Part shown: positions 20,395-30,203 of the stretch, piece after piece
Layout: each line of letters starts with the position of its first letter
How positions within the stretch are numbered: position 1 is the stretch's first letter
Source of the DNA: a virus
Direction: 5' to 3' (one strand)
Virus record (IMG/VR): IMGVR_UViG_3300032173_000004
Location: 11,816-75,815 of that record
Length of the DNA stretch: 64,000 nt
Program-made: the position numbers and the translations under genes
Notes under the pieces: model-generated
The model's input: only the letters and a program-made list of their open reading frames with translations
Told to the model about the DNA's origin: nothing
Databases searched by the model: none

Positions 20395-20640
20395 TCACTC
20401 CTCTACAGTGGTCAGCAATTCGTTCAGACGTGCTGCGACCATCTCATCGGTGTACTGCCCCGCCGCGACGTAGGCTTCCTTATCCCAGAGAAGGATGTTC
20501 TGCCGCTGGGCACCGAGGCGGTACATGCACGTCACCCGCTGATTGATCGTGTCATCGGTGAACACCACGATCTCTGCTTCAGTAACTTCACCCACCACGG
20601 TCTTCTTGCACGAGACCGGCTTGGACAGCGTGACCTTCAT
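20395..20640 (-). CDS. Hypothetical protein
   Basis: 81-aa ORF with SD (GAGGG). Confidence 0.6.
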   Translation of the reverse strand: MKVTLSKPVSCKKTVVGEVTEAEIVVFTDDTINQRVTCMYRLGAQRQNILLWDKEAYVAAGQYTDEMVAARLNELLTTVEE

Positions 20641-20655
20641 GGTTCCCTCTCTTCG

Positions 20656-20763
20656 GTGATCGCCTCAACCCTGCAAGGAATGGACAGCGCAGGCAGCCCA
20701 TTAGAGGCAGCGTGGCAGCCGTAAACGACGGCGCGGCTCTCCTTGCAGGGTTCAAGCGATCAC
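20656..20763 (-). other. 108-nt element with 24-bp terminal inverted repeats (structured RNA or MITE-like)
   Basis: Arms GTGATCGCCTCAACCCTGCAAGGA and TCCTTGCAGGGTTCAAGCGATCAC match at 22/24. Small internal hairpins. Confidence 0.6.
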
Positions 20764-21531
20764 TCATCGGTTGATCCACAGGTTGTAGCGGCATGGCCCG
20801 GACCCGTTGTGCTGATCGGGCTTGGTCCCCGCCGAGATGATGACTTCAGACGATAGGGAGCTCCGCGCCCCGTTCGTCGGGTTGTAGTAGCAGACTCGAT
20901 AGTGCCGCCACGGGCGAGCATCCGAGCCCTGATCAAACTGGGTCCGCAGGAACAGGCCCTCGTTATCCGTTCCCGCCGACGGCCCCCGGAACACCGGGAG
21001 GTAGCGGCGCCCGGCTCGGTATCCGGTTCCGGCCCCGTGGTCGCCGCCCTTCTGCCTGGTCAGCCTCCACCACTCGACCACGTAGCCCTCGGGAGGGAGA
21101 GCCACCTGGATCGCGTCGGGGGCGAGGAGCGGATCGTTCTGCTTCCAACCGTGGACGGTGTAGTCCGGGCGGTAGATGCCCCCGACCAAGTGAACATGCA
21201 CGAGCATGACGGACGGCGGGGCATGAAGGATGATCCGCTGCTTCCAGCGCAGCGTGAGCGCCACTCCGGCCGGGGGAGGAGTGGTCAGCGCGATGCCGAT
21301 CTTGATGTCCCCCACGTTCATCCAGGGCGGGATGCTCCGTCCAATGTGACTGTAGAATCCGTCTCCCGGGTAGTGCATCGCCCCGCCGTAGTCCAGCTCC
21401 GTCTCGCTCACCGCATCGAAGAAGTGCTCCCCAAGCGGCAAAAAGTAGGCAGTCTGGTTGAGGACCGTGTTCATACCGACCGAGCGGTCCACGGTCACTT
21501 CTGGCAGTTGAGAGGATGGTGTGATCAGCAT
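20764..21531 (-). CDS. Hypothetical protein, possibly virion-associated
   Basis: 255 aa, coupled to the upstream gene, high GC. Confidence 0.6.
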   Translation of the reverse strand: MLITPSSQLPEVTVDRSVGMNTVLNQTAYFLPLGEHFFDAVSETELDYGGAMHYPGDGFYSHIGRSIPPWMNVGDIKIGIALTTPPPAGVALTLRWKQRIILHAPPSVMLVHVHLVGGIYRPDYTVHGWKQNDPLLAPDAIQVALPPEGYVVEWWRLTRQKGGDHGAGTGYRAGRRYLPVFRGPSAGTDNEGLFLRTQFDQGSDARPWRHYRVCYYNPTNGARSSLSSEVIISAGTKPDQHNGSGPCRYNLWINR

Positions 21532-22826
21532 TAGCGCACCGGCTCCGACGTTTCGATCATGCGGACGTTGCAGACCACATGCACCATAGCCTGGGCTGCG
21601 CCTGTGCGGAACATCACTCCCATCCTCGTCTGGTGTGTTGGGAATGGAACGGAGACGACCCTCAAGTCCCAGGTGGCCGCGCCCTCGGTGTAGAGCTTCT
21701 CCTGCACTCCCTCTGCGGTCAGATCGAAGATAGCCCGGAACAGCGGACCGATGGTCGACTTAGCCAGCACCATTTGCTTGAGGCACATGCGGTCAGTGCC
21801 GCTTGTCGCCACGGCCTCTACCAGGATGCACCACGTTCTTCGTGGTAGCCCCAGCACCAAGTCACCATCAACACCGAACTTCAGCTCCACCTCCTCGCCG
21901 ACCGCATCCCCAGGGGTCTCTCCCCTGAGGACGAAGTGAGATCCCTGTGCGTCTCCAGCCTCAGAGAAGCACCCACCCGCCCAAGCGTGCTGGGTGTCAT
22001 TGGTCGCGCGGCTCCACACGCCCTGGGCATGCGAGGCCGTTGCCTCTGCCTGCGAGCCGGTGCCTTGAGCAAAGGAGTCCGGCCCCGATGCTAGCGACGT
22101 CGAATCGCCCTGGGTCAGCGGACCATAGAAGCGGGAGGACTTGTCGCCGTAGACGATGAAGCACACCTCATCGTCGCTGTTCTGAACCAGGGCGTAGGAA
22201 TTCTGGTCATTGCCCAGGAGGTGGCTCTCTTCGGTCACCGCATTCTTGAAGAAGGAGCGGTCATCATCCCCCTGAACAGTGATCTCGAAGTTGCCCGAAT
22301 TCCTCTTGAGGGTGACCTTTTGCACCCCGTCCGTGTGGCTGAGCACCACACCCTGGCCATCAGTAATGGGAACCAGATTCCCGGTGAGCAACTTCCACAG
22401 TAGTGCTGCATCAAGTTGTCTGATTGCCTCTTGTACCTGATTGGCAGTGATATGAGTAAGACCAACAGGATCAAAACCAGTTCTCAGTGCTCCAGGAGGA
22501 TGACGAAATTCTACCAACCCTCCTGTGGAATCTGGAATGTTTTCTACGACAGTGAAAGTGAGATCATCAATAACACTTGCAACTGTGTAGTTTCCGTCGG
22601 CTGACCCTCCAGATGTCCCAGATAGTGTAACTCTATCCTTCGGCTCAATCCTTTGATCTGGCTCTTGGATAAGGTATACACCACTGACCACCACACGTTT
22701 GGTGGAGTGCGTCGTGGACACCACCGTTACCCCCGTTTGGATAACTGTGGTACCGTCGCTGTTCAACTCGACGGCATCGACGATATCAAGATCGTCGATA
22801 TCCCATCTGGACAGACCACGCGGCAT
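21531..22826 (-). CDS. Putative head fibre/decoration protein
   Basis: N-terminal beta domain, HITANQVQEAIRQLD hinge, short YadA-like repeats (ASGPDSFAQG/ATASHAQG). Confidence 0.55.
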   Translation of the reverse strand: MPRGLSRWDIDDLDIVDAVELNSDGTTVIQTGVTVVSTTHSTKRVVVSGVYLIQEPDQRIEPKDRVTLSGTSGGSADGNYTVASVIDDLTFTVVENIPDSTGGLVEFRHPPGALRTGFDPVGLTHITANQVQEAIRQLDAALLWKLLTGNLVPITDGQGVVLSHTDGVQKVTLKRNSGNFEITVQGDDDRSFFKNAVTEESHLLGNDQNSYALVQNSDDEVCFIVYGDKSSRFYGPLTQGDSTSLASGPDSFAQGTGSQAEATASHAQGVWSRATNDTQHAWAGGCFSEAGDAQGSHFVLRGETPGDAVGEEVELKFGVDGDLVLGLPRRTWCILVEAVATSGTDRMCLKQMVLAKSTIGPLFRAIFDLTAEGVQEKLYTEGAATWDLRVVSVPFPTHQTRMGVMFRTGAAQAMVHVVCNVRMIETSEPVR

Positions 22827-22828
22827 TG

Positions 22829-23509
22829 CTACTTGTCCTTGGCCTTTCTGCGCCGTTTCTTTTCTTCGGCCTGGGCGACTACAGGCTTCTCTTTCACCGG
22901 AACCTCTTTCAGGCTGTCACCTACCACCTCCTGAATGGCCCGGGACTCCTGAGCCCTGGTATTCGGTGGTGCCTGACCAAGGATGCCACCAAGAATACCC
23001 TGAGTCTGGTTGATCGCCTCTCGAGTGATCTCTTGTTCCTTCGCACCACCCAACGCCAATGCCTCATCTGCAGCAAGATCAGCTTCACGCTGAACGATGT
23101 CTTTCTCCAACTCGTCAGCCTGCTCTGTCTCTCCACTGGCTTTCAGCTCAGCCAAACGAACTCGATCTTCTTCCAATGCCCGGCGCTCGATTATGCGAGC
23201 CCCAGCCAAGATTCGAAGACGCTCTCGAGTACGAGCATCCACTATGTTCATCACCAGGCTGCCCATCATGGAACACACGTTGGTCGCTGCCTGGTGATAT
23301 GCCTTCTGCCGCTCCAACTCCATCAGGGCGGCCTCGTTCTTGAGTCTCAGGGCCTCTACAGCCTTGAGAATCTGAAGAAGAGTCCCCTGATACTCTTCTG
23401 GAGTCGCTGCACCCTGCTCTACGGCCCTGGTCAGGACATCTTGCAGATGGCTAAATTGCTCGGTGAAAGTACCGTGCTCCATCTGCCCTGACTTCGATCC
23501 AATTGGCAT
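22829..23509 (-). CDS. Hypothetical coiled-coil protein
   Basis: 226 aa, E/A/L-rich, SD AGGAG. Confidence 0.6.
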   Translation of the reverse strand: MPIGSKSGQMEHGTFTEQFSHLQDVLTRAVEQGAATPEEYQGTLLQILKAVEALRLKNEAALMELERQKAYHQAATNVCSMMGSLVMNIVDARTRERLRILAGARIIERRALEEDRVRLAELKASGETEQADELEKDIVQREADLAADEALALGGAKEQEITREAINQTQGILGGILGQAPPNTRAQESRAIQEVVGDSLKEVPVKEKPVVAQAEEKKRRRKAKDK

Positions 23510-23532
23510 CGCAATTTTCTCCTATACAAGCC

Positions 23533-23886
23533 TTACTTGCACTCCTCTATGAACCTTTCCCACTCTGGCTTCTCTTGTGACTCTGTTTCAGCAATACCTC
23601 CTGTGAAACCCAACATGATCATTTTTCTTCTCAGCTGAGAAAAGCTGAGAACCTCAGGTTCGTCTGGCACGGATTGAGAAACGTTAGCCTTCTTCCGTGC
23701 CGCTACGATCTGATTAACGATCGTAATGCAATCTTGACAGTAGTCTCCCCACGATGACTTGGGCAATGTGTTTCCACTGACCTTGTACATCCGACAACCC
23801 GATGGAACATCGTGACCACTCTTGCACCACAGCACAGAGGGGTTCAGGATTTCATCGATCGTCAGATCTGCCTTCAATGTAAACAT
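23533..23886 (-). CDS. Hypothetical Zn-finger-like protein
   Basis: CKSGH...YCQDC. Confidence 0.55.
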   Translation of the reverse strand: MFTLKADLTIDEILNPSVLWCKSGHDVPSGCRMYKVSGNTLPKSSWGDYCQDCITIVNQIVAARKKANVSQSVPDEPEVLSFSQLRRKMIMLGFTGGIAETESQEKPEWERFIEECK

Positions 23887-23896
23887 GTTGATCCTT

Positions 23897-23944
23897 AAAA
23901 CCTAGATAGGGAACGCAGGTGTTATTCCACGTTCCCTATCTAGG
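23897..23944 (-). terminator. Intrinsic terminator
   Basis: 15-bp perfect inverted repeat CCTAGATAGGGAACG/CGTTCCCTATCTAGG followed by TTTT on the minus strand. Confidence 0.75.
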
Positions 23945-23956
23945 GTCAATCAGTTG

Positions 23957-25927
23957 CTACCCAACCACGAAGTAGTTGATGTGATCACCTGCATTGATCT
24001 TGGTGTACGGAGTGATGTGCGTGGTGTCCGTCTCCTCGTAGTCATCTCCGTTGGCAACAGTGCCAGGATCACGCAACAGGCCGCGCCAGAACACCCACAA
24101 ACGACGACCATTGCCAGTGCCATCGAGGACGTAGGTCACACCACCGGCGATATGATTGGTGAACTTCGGAACACCTGGTCCACCTGAGGCCAAACGCTCG
24201 ATGGTACGCACCGATCCTGCCGCTCCGATGGCATCAGAGAGACGCTGTAGCGACTGAGTGATCGTCTCGCCATCATGCGGAGCCAGTACACCAGTTCCAC
24301 TGTAGGTACGGTTGCCGATCTGATCGTTGATCGCCTGCACGATCTCTTCGAGACTGGACATCGCCGGACTCGGCAGGTTGTTGAAGATGTAATAGGCACC
24401 CGTGTTGGTGAGAACTGGGTGCTGCTCTCCTGGAGCGGCACCCGTGAAGAGCTGAAGATTGTGGATCGCCGTAGCCAGAGCTGCATCACTCGTGATGCCT
24501 CCAACCATGGTGGTACGGAAAGCGGTGTCGTCGAGCTGGTCAAGACGATACCGATCTCCATTGTAAAAGTCCCACAAATTGCCTTCCTGGGAGACCGCCC
24601 ACTTGATGGACCCGCTGTTGGCATCAGCAGAGAAGTTCCCTGTCCTCGTGACAGTGACCTGCGTAGCAGAATCCACCGTCTCGATCTGGTAGATCCCGCA
24701 GTCGCCAGCAGTGCCGCAGTTGTACAACGTGATGAATCGGCCCACGTCTTCGGCAACCATGCCAGTGAGGCCACCGATCTGCTTGTTTCCGCCAGCAAGA
24801 GTAGCAACTGACCCGTTGCGGCCAGCAAGCATCTGAAGAACTGCATTGGTGGCGGTACCGTCGTTGAGCCCCGTCAGAAGCTGCACGAAGAACCGAACGC
24901 CTTCATTGTCAGCAGTGCGCTTGGGGTCCTTGATGTTGCCGAAGCTTCGACCGAAAAGAGCCAGATCAGCGTTCGTGAGAGGATGGAACCCTGTGACCGT
25001 GCTGATCATCTCCACGAAAGTGGCATCGTAGTGAGTGTTGTCGAATGCTCCAGCATCCGCGATGGGGATACCTGTCGTGTCCGTGGCGTCCGCGTAATTA
25101 CGGGCACTGAGAACACCCTTGAGACCGGCGACGAGGGCCCAGTTGCAGGCCTCAGCCGTGGCCGAATTGAGGCCATCCAACTCAACCGAGTTGTTGGCAT
25201 TGACAGTCTTGATCCGATAGGTTCCATCTGCATCCGTGGAACCAGATATCGTGATGAAGCTGTTGAGATCCAACGCCGTGAAGTGCATCTTGGTGGTGGT
25301 GAAGGTCTCATCACCGATCAGAAGAGCACCGTCAACATCATTGATCGGAGGACGAAGCTGGATGTTGTGCTGCAGCTCATCCCTCACGATGGGCTTGGCA
25401 TCCGTGGTCTTGCCAGCGATGTTGGTGAGGTTGGCTGGAACTGGGGTTCCCGTGGCATCCGGCCTGGTGTAGGTCGGAACGGCGGTGTAGTGCTGAGCAG
25501 TACCTTTGATGTTCTTGCGGTCGGTTCGAGCGAAGTTGATGTCGTCCGCGATGGTGTACGCATCGTTCGTCTTGAACGTGGCTGCACACGGAGCCACTTC
25601 GATCCCACCACCAGTGATGGCAAGAAAGGTGAGACTCGTGGCAGTTCGAGAAACGATCAACGAAGTACCGTTGTTGCCAGCCACCGAGTTCTCGATCGTG
25701 ATGAACCGACCGATCTCAGCGTCAGTGAATGCCGCCCCCGTATCCGTCAGCGTCTGCAGACCGAGAGCTGGAGCCGAGATGTCCTCATTCGCTGCTGCCG
25801 TCGGTCCGGTCGTCCCCTGCGCTCCCAGAAGACCAGCCTCGTCTACCGGGAGGTTCTTGCTGTTGTTGACCGGTACTGTTCCCATCATGTCGATGGATGG
25901 ATCCAACACATTTCTTCTCGTACTCAT
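23957..25927 (-). CDS. Putative capsid decoration/fibre protein with three repeated beta domains
   Basis: 656 aa, T/G/A-rich. Repeats IGRFITIEN, LNSFITISG and VGRFITLYN. Confidence 0.6.
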   Translation of the reverse strand: MSTRRNVLDPSIDMMGTVPVNNSKNLPVDEAGLLGAQGTTGPTAAANEDISAPALGLQTLTDTGAAFTDAEIGRFITIENSVAGNNGTSLIVSRTATSLTFLAITGGGIEVAPCAATFKTNDAYTIADDINFARTDRKNIKGTAQHYTAVPTYTRPDATGTPVPANLTNIAGKTTDAKPIVRDELQHNIQLRPPINDVDGALLIGDETFTTTKMHFTALDLNSFITISGSTDADGTYRIKTVNANNSVELDGLNSATAEACNWALVAGLKGVLSARNYADATDTTGIPIADAGAFDNTHYDATFVEMISTVTGFHPLTNADLALFGRSFGNIKDPKRTADNEGVRFFVQLLTGLNDGTATNAVLQMLAGRNGSVATLAGGNKQIGGLTGMVAEDVGRFITLYNCGTAGDCGIYQIETVDSATQVTVTRTGNFSADANSGSIKWAVSQEGNLWDFYNGDRYRLDQLDDTAFRTTMVGGITSDAALATAIHNLQLFTGAAPGEQHPVLTNTGAYYIFNNLPSPAMSSLEEIVQAINDQIGNRTYSGTGVLAPHDGETITQSLQRLSDAIGAAGSVRTIERLASGGPGVPKFTNHIAGGVTYVLDGTGNGRRLWVFWRGLLRDPGTVANGDDYEETDTTHITPYTKINAGDHINYFVVG

Positions 25928-25945
25928 CTGCTCCTCCTGATCCGG

Positions 25946-26245
25946 TTAAATCGCGGTGTAATCAGCGACAAGCTGTGTCCTTGAACTCGGTGCCCACGAT
26001 GTCAACTTCACACGATCATAGTTACCAGATCCGGGCACACTCTCTAGAACCTGGTATTCGTAATCGTTCAGCTTCCGTCCGCCGTGGTATACTCTCACCA
26101 CCGAGTATGGAAGATCAACAAACGCAGGCTCCGGCAGGATGAACAATCTGTTCAATCCATCACAAACACCCGACAATGGAATGTTCCACCGAAACCGACC
26201 CAATAGGATCGCGGCAGCTTTAGATCCTATGGGTTGAAGGATCAT
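25946..26245 (-). CDS. Small beta-rich putative virion protein
   Basis: SGVCDGLNRLF...VRVYHGGRKL...DY, related to the C-terminus of the downstream 656-aa protein. Confidence 0.55.
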   Translation of the reverse strand: MILQPIGSKAAAILLGRFRWNIPLSGVCDGLNRLFILPEPAFVDLPYSVVRVYHGGRKLNDYEYQVLESVPGSGNYDRVKLTSWAPSSRTQLVADYTAI

Positions 26246-26257
26246 TCGTTCTCCTTC

Positions 26258-26581
26258 CTACGCGATGATCCCCATCACCGAATACTTCGCGACTGCACCA
26301 GAAGTCCCTCTCACCCGACAGCGATGAATCACCACTGGAAACGGAATCGTGGTGAGCGGAGCAATGGCAAACCACCTGCCGTCGACACCGTCAGCAAAGC
26401 TCACCTCGAGGGTATTGCCAGCAGAACCCTCCATGTTGGTGACGATGACAGCAGCTGTGGATTGACGGTTTCGATTTGGCCCCATGTCGAACGAAATCTC
26501 TATGCCTTCCGGTGTTGACGCTGCATCCGGCGCACTCCCGATTCCATTCGTGGGGTGGATAGGCCTACCAGGCTTGAACAT
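26258..26581 (-). CDS. Hypothetical virion protein
   Basis: 107 aa with SD (GGAG). Confidence 0.55.
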   Translation of the reverse strand: MFKPGRPIHPTNGIGSAPDAASTPEGIEISFDMGPNRNRQSTAAVIVTNMEGSAGNTLEVSFADGVDGRWFAIAPLTTIPFPVVIHRCRVRGTSGAVAKYSVMGIIA

Positions 26582-26711
26582 GATGTGCTCCGTTTGTCAA
26601 AGCCCCAAAGGTGGGAGGGGCACATAGAGGGAATTCACATGCCGGCGCATGGCGCCGGATCATCGTCTGCGCATCACCATCTTGCGCAGATATGACAGCC
26701 GGAAGTGCATC

Positions 26712-26960
26712 CTACGTGTGCAGCGCCGGAGCCGGGTTCAGCCTGATGTTGGGCTTCGCCTGCAGCTTGTAGACGAGCGTCTGCATGGAAGCTTCCGCCG
26801 TCACGGCCAGGGCATTGACCGCCCCGATGTTGGCAGCCGTCTTGAGGTCTGTGATCAGCGTGCCCAGCATGTCGAGCAGCTGGTTGTAGCTGTGGATCAA
26901 CTGAGCCGTCTCCTGAGACGGGGTGTCGCCGACTACCTTCTGAGTCATCAGGTTCGCCAT
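26712..26960 (-). CDS. Hypothetical virion protein
   Basis: 82 aa, SD AGGAG, codon bias similar to the capsid gene. Confidence 0.6.
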   Translation of the reverse strand: MANLMTQKVVGDTPSQETAQLIHSYNQLLDMLGTLITDLKTAANIGAVNALAVTAEASMQTLVYKLQAKPNIRLNPAPALHT

Positions 26961-26969
26961 TGTCTTCTC

Positions 26970-27596
26970 CTAGCGTTTGCCCTTCGGCGGCATCCGACGT
27001 CGAGGGGTTGCCTTATCTGCGTCGTTTTCTACCTCAGCATCCACTGAAGCAGCGTCTTGATGCTCTTGCTCGTCGATCTCCTGTGCCAGCTCCTGTTCGG
27101 CAATCAGAGCTGCATCTTCTTTTGCCTCTGCGCGGGCCTCTGCACGAGCTTCCTTGGCCTCTGCACGAGCTTCCTTGGCCTCTGCGCGGGCCTCTGCACG
27201 AGCTTCCTTGGCCTCTTCTTTTGTCATCTTGACATCAAGATCCGGCGCAATTGCCACCGGAAGATCCTCAGCAGTCTTTTGAGGATCGACGATCTTTGCC
27301 AAACCTCGAGCACTGCGGATGTAGGTCTCGCAGTCGTATCTGGCATTCCCCGCGTCACGAATCTTCGCGATCCCCTGTCCGTCAAACGCGATGACTGTGG
27401 ATCCTACTACCACGTTTCGATTCTTCATCCAGCGGTGTTCAATGAGGATCATCGGCATGGCCTCCCACGGATTCACACGATCCTCCATCGAAGCTTGAGC
27501 CAGTTTGATCGCCAATTCGGGGTACATCTTCCCGACGGCTCTTTGGTGCTTCAGGAGATCCGCGATCGTCAGGTTGTCTTCGATCGTACCAGGCAT
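26970..27596 (-). CDS. Hypothetical protein with EAKEARA/EARA repeats
   Basis: Immediately downstream of the MCP terminator. Confidence 0.6.
   Translation of the reverse strand: MPGTIEDNLTIADLLKHQRAVGKMYPELAIKLAQASMEDRVNPWEAMPMILIEHRWMKNRNVVVGSTVIAFDGQGIAKIRDAGNARYDCETYIRSARGLAKIVDPQKTAEDLPVAIAPDLDVKMTKEEAKEARAEARAEAKEARAEAKEARAEARAEAKEDAALIAEQELAQEIDEQEHQDAASVDAEVENDADKATPRRRMPPKGKR
27124..27216. repeat. Compound tandem repeat (12-bp and 21-bp units in the order 12-21-21-12-21)
   Basis: Perfect copies of GCCTCTGCGCGG and GCCTCTGCACGAGCTTCCTTG. Confidence 0.9.
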
Positions 27597-27620
27597 CGCA
27601 AACCTGCGCAGCTTTTCTAG

Positions 27621-27663
27621 AAATACCCTTGGGCGAGGGGCCTAAACCCTTGTCGCCCAAGGG
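27621..27663 (-). terminator. Terminator downstream of the major capsid gene
   Basis: CCCTTGGGCGA...TCGCCCAAGGG stem followed by TATTT on the minus strand. Confidence 0.65.
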
Positions 27664-27702
27664 GATCCACCACCATCCTACTTCAACCCAGCCGTACCCC
27701 TA

Positions 27703-29145
27703 CTAGGATACCAGCTGGCCGATGTTCACCATCCGCAGCCACTTCTTCGGCGCGAACAGGATCGGCGTGCCGTACAGGAGGATCTGCCACCTGTAGGCCG
27801 GAGCCAGAACCGCGAGGTCCAGGCGCATCATCGGAGCCAGCTGCCGGAACGTGAGCACCTGCGGAGTCAGCTCGCCCATGTAGGCGATGCTGGTGAACGG
27901 CAGGAGGAAGTTCACGTCGTTGCCTGTGGTCGTGCCACTGCCGGCCTGAGACGCTGCCGGGATCTGCATGATCAGGCTGTAGGAAGCGCCCGTCGAGGGA
28001 ACTCCCGCGCTGGATGCACGAGCCTTGGTGCGGTACACGCGGAAGAACTCTGGAGGGAAAGCGCCGATGGCAGCTGCGTTGGTGATCGTCAGCGGCAGGT
28101 GCTGGCCCGAATCCTTGTTGCCCTGAGTCAGGCTGCCCGCTGCGGACACCATGACCGGTGCGCTCTCGCCGAAGCGATTGCATGCGGTCACGGCATAGCA
28201 GTACTCGTTGGTCCCGGCGAAGGCGCCCTTGTTGAAGTCGCCATCCGTGCCGGCGCCAGCGCCCGCTGCGATCGAGGTGGGGGTGGCGGGAGCGTTGGGG
28301 TGCGTCGCCGCCGCAGGCGGGATCGGGAGCGGACGAATGAACACGTCCGGGTTGAACTCGATGTGACCCGCCTGCGTCGCCATCGAGTTGATCGCCTGGC
28401 CGATGACGCCGTTGACCGGCGCCGGCAGGCTGACCCGCTCACGCGGGTACATCGTCTTGGTGAGGTCGCTGAGGGCCCGCGGGTTGAGGAACAGATCCGT
28501 CGGGTAGGCGTAGTTCTCGACGAGGATGTTGCTGGCCTCTTCGATGTCCGCCTCGGTCAGACTGTTGCCCTGCAGATCCACGAACGCCGTCGGATCGATC
28601 AGCGCGTCGAGACCATCCCACTGCTCTGCCTCGCCGTCGTAGGCGAGAGCGCTGTCAGCCGTGAAGAGTGCCGTCTCGACACGCTCCAGCAGCCACAGGA
28701 TGCCGTTCTGGTTCTCGAGCGCGATGATGTCACCGTGCGCGGGGTGGACCAGCGTGGCCGGGTGGGTCACTTCCCGGGTCGTGCCCAGGAACTTGACCAG
28801 CTGCGTACGGCGGACGTAGCTCGAGTCAGTGCTGGGAGGCAGCTCGCCTTCCATCGTGAACGCGAAGCTCCCGGGGCCGTACGACGTCAGCTGGTTGTAC
28901 TCCTCGACGGTGGAGTACGCCGGGCTCTTGGGGATCTTCTTCCAGAACTTGATGTGGTGGTTGGTGTAGGTGACCACCTTGAGACTGGCCTCGAGCGACT
29001 CCACGCGGAGTGCGCTACCACCGGTCTGGTTGGTGATCTGGTAGCCGGCCTCGAGGGCCTTGCTCAGCTCACGGATGTCCTGCGCGGGGGCCAGGCCGAA
29101 ACCGTTGAGCCCCTCGTAGTGCGCCAGGGAAACCTGCGGGTACAT
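27703..29145 (-). CDS. Major capsid protein (SPO1/Twort-like)
   Basis: ELSKALEAGY...GGSALRVESLEASLKVVTY...KSPAYSTVEEY...VKFLG...EQWDGL...LYGTPILFAPKKW. Confidence 0.95.
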   Translation of the reverse strand: MYPQVSLAHYEGLNGFGLAPAQDIRELSKALEAGYQITNQTGGSALRVESLEASLKVVTYTNHHIKFWKKIPKSPAYSTVEEYNQLTSYGPGSFAFTMEGELPPSTDSSYVRRTQLVKFLGTTREVTHPATLVHPAHGDIIALENQNGILWLLERVETALFTADSALAYDGEAEQWDGLDALIDPTAFVDLQGNSLTEADIEEASNILVENYAYPTDLFLNPRALSDLTKTMYPRERVSLPAPVNGVIGQAINSMATQAGHIEFNPDVFIRPLPIPPAAATHPNAPATPTSIAAGAGAGTDGDFNKGAFAGTNEYCYAVTACNRFGESAPVMVSAAGSLTQGNKDSGQHLPLTITNAAAIGAFPPEFFRVYRTKARASSAGVPSTGASYSLIMQIPAASQAGSGTTTGNDVNFLLPFTSIAYMGELTPQVLTFRQLAPMMRLDLAVLAPAYRWQILLYGTPILFAPKKWLRMVNIGQLVS

Positions 29146-29175
29146 GTTTGATCCTCCTTGGTTGCTCGAGGGCCG

Positions 29176-30192
29176 TTAGCGGCCATTGCCCTGGATGCGT
29201 GCCTGAATCTGCGTGAGCAGGTCAGGACGGATCTCCCCGGTCGTGTCGAACTTGATCACCTCGAGAGGGTTGATCTGGCTCTTCTCGACCATCTCCTGCA
29301 GCACCGCGATCACCTGACCCTTGGACAGGTTCTCCCCGCCCGCGGGACCGCCGAACGACTTGTTCAGCACGGTGCTCTGCTGGCCACCCGGGAGAGCCCG
29401 AAGCTGGCTCTTGGGGGCGCCAACAGGCAGCTGAGCGACCTGCTCGACCTGCTGCAGGCTGCCCGCGATGCCGTGACCGATGTTCGCCACGGCCTCGGCA
29501 AGCGACTTGTTGAACTCGGCCTGCTCGGACGCGAACTGCTGCAGAGCCGCGAAGAGCTGGTTGCCGATGTCCAGGGAGTAGGCCTGCTGACGCTGCTCGA
29601 CGGCAGCCAGACCCGTGCCGAAGGACTTGGCGAACTCGGCCAGGAACTCGGAGACCTCAATCCCCTTGTGGACCGTATCGTTGCTCGAAAGAACCTCGGA
29701 CATGGACTTGCCGAACGGGAACCCGCCCTTGTCGTCCTTGCCCTTGTCCTTCTTGCCATCCTTCTTGTCGTCCTTGTCGTCGTCATCGTCGTCCGCGTCC
29801 ATGCCCTTCATGGCCGGGGGCTTCATGCCGCCGCCGACACCCATCCCGCCAGCGCCGGTGATCGGACCGGCCTTGTCGAGATCCGACTTGAGGAGCGCCA
29901 GCTCGTCGACGGACAGCGGAAGGCCCTTCTTGACCTTCATCCGAATCGACTTGCGAACACCACGCTCGTTGTAGTCGGTCCCATCGGGCTTGATGTCGTC
30001 GGCGCCGGGGCCGTTGCCCGGGACGTCGGTGACCTTGCCTGCCGGCCAGTCGCGACGCTCGCTGTTCGGGCCGGTGCAGATCTGGGACTTGTTCATCGGT
30101 TCCCCGGTCTGACCACCCTTCGCGAGAGCCTCCAGGCGAGCCAGGCTCTTGTAGAACTCCTCGCTGCGGATCGTGGCCTCCTGCGGTGCCAT
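29176..30192 (-). CDS. Putative scaffold protein
   Basis: Between protease and MCP. ATG 30192 with SD AGGAGG. Acidic tract and many x-K-[S/A/G] sites. Confidence 0.75.
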   Translation of the reverse strand: MAPQEATIRSEEFYKSLARLEALAKGGQTGEPMNKSQICTGPNSERRDWPAGKVTDVPGNGPGADDIKPDGTDYNERGVRKSIRMKVKKGLPLSVDELALLKSDLDKAGPITGAGGMGVGGGMKPPAMKGMDADDDDDDKDDKKDGKKDKGKDDKGGFPFGKSMSEVLSSNDTVHKGIEVSEFLAEFAKSFGTGLAAVEQRQQAYSLDIGNQLFAALQQFASEQAEFNKSLAEAVANIGHGIAGSLQQVEQVAQLPVGAPKSQLRALPGGQQSTVLNKSFGGPAGGENLSKGQVIAVLQEMVEKSQINPLEVIKFDTTGEIRPDLLTQIQARIQGNGR

Positions 30193-30203
30193 CTCTTCGC
30201 CTC

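Noticed and set aside
27124-27216. Possible CRISPR array
   Set aside because: Units are contiguous with no spacers and encode EAKEARA in frame.
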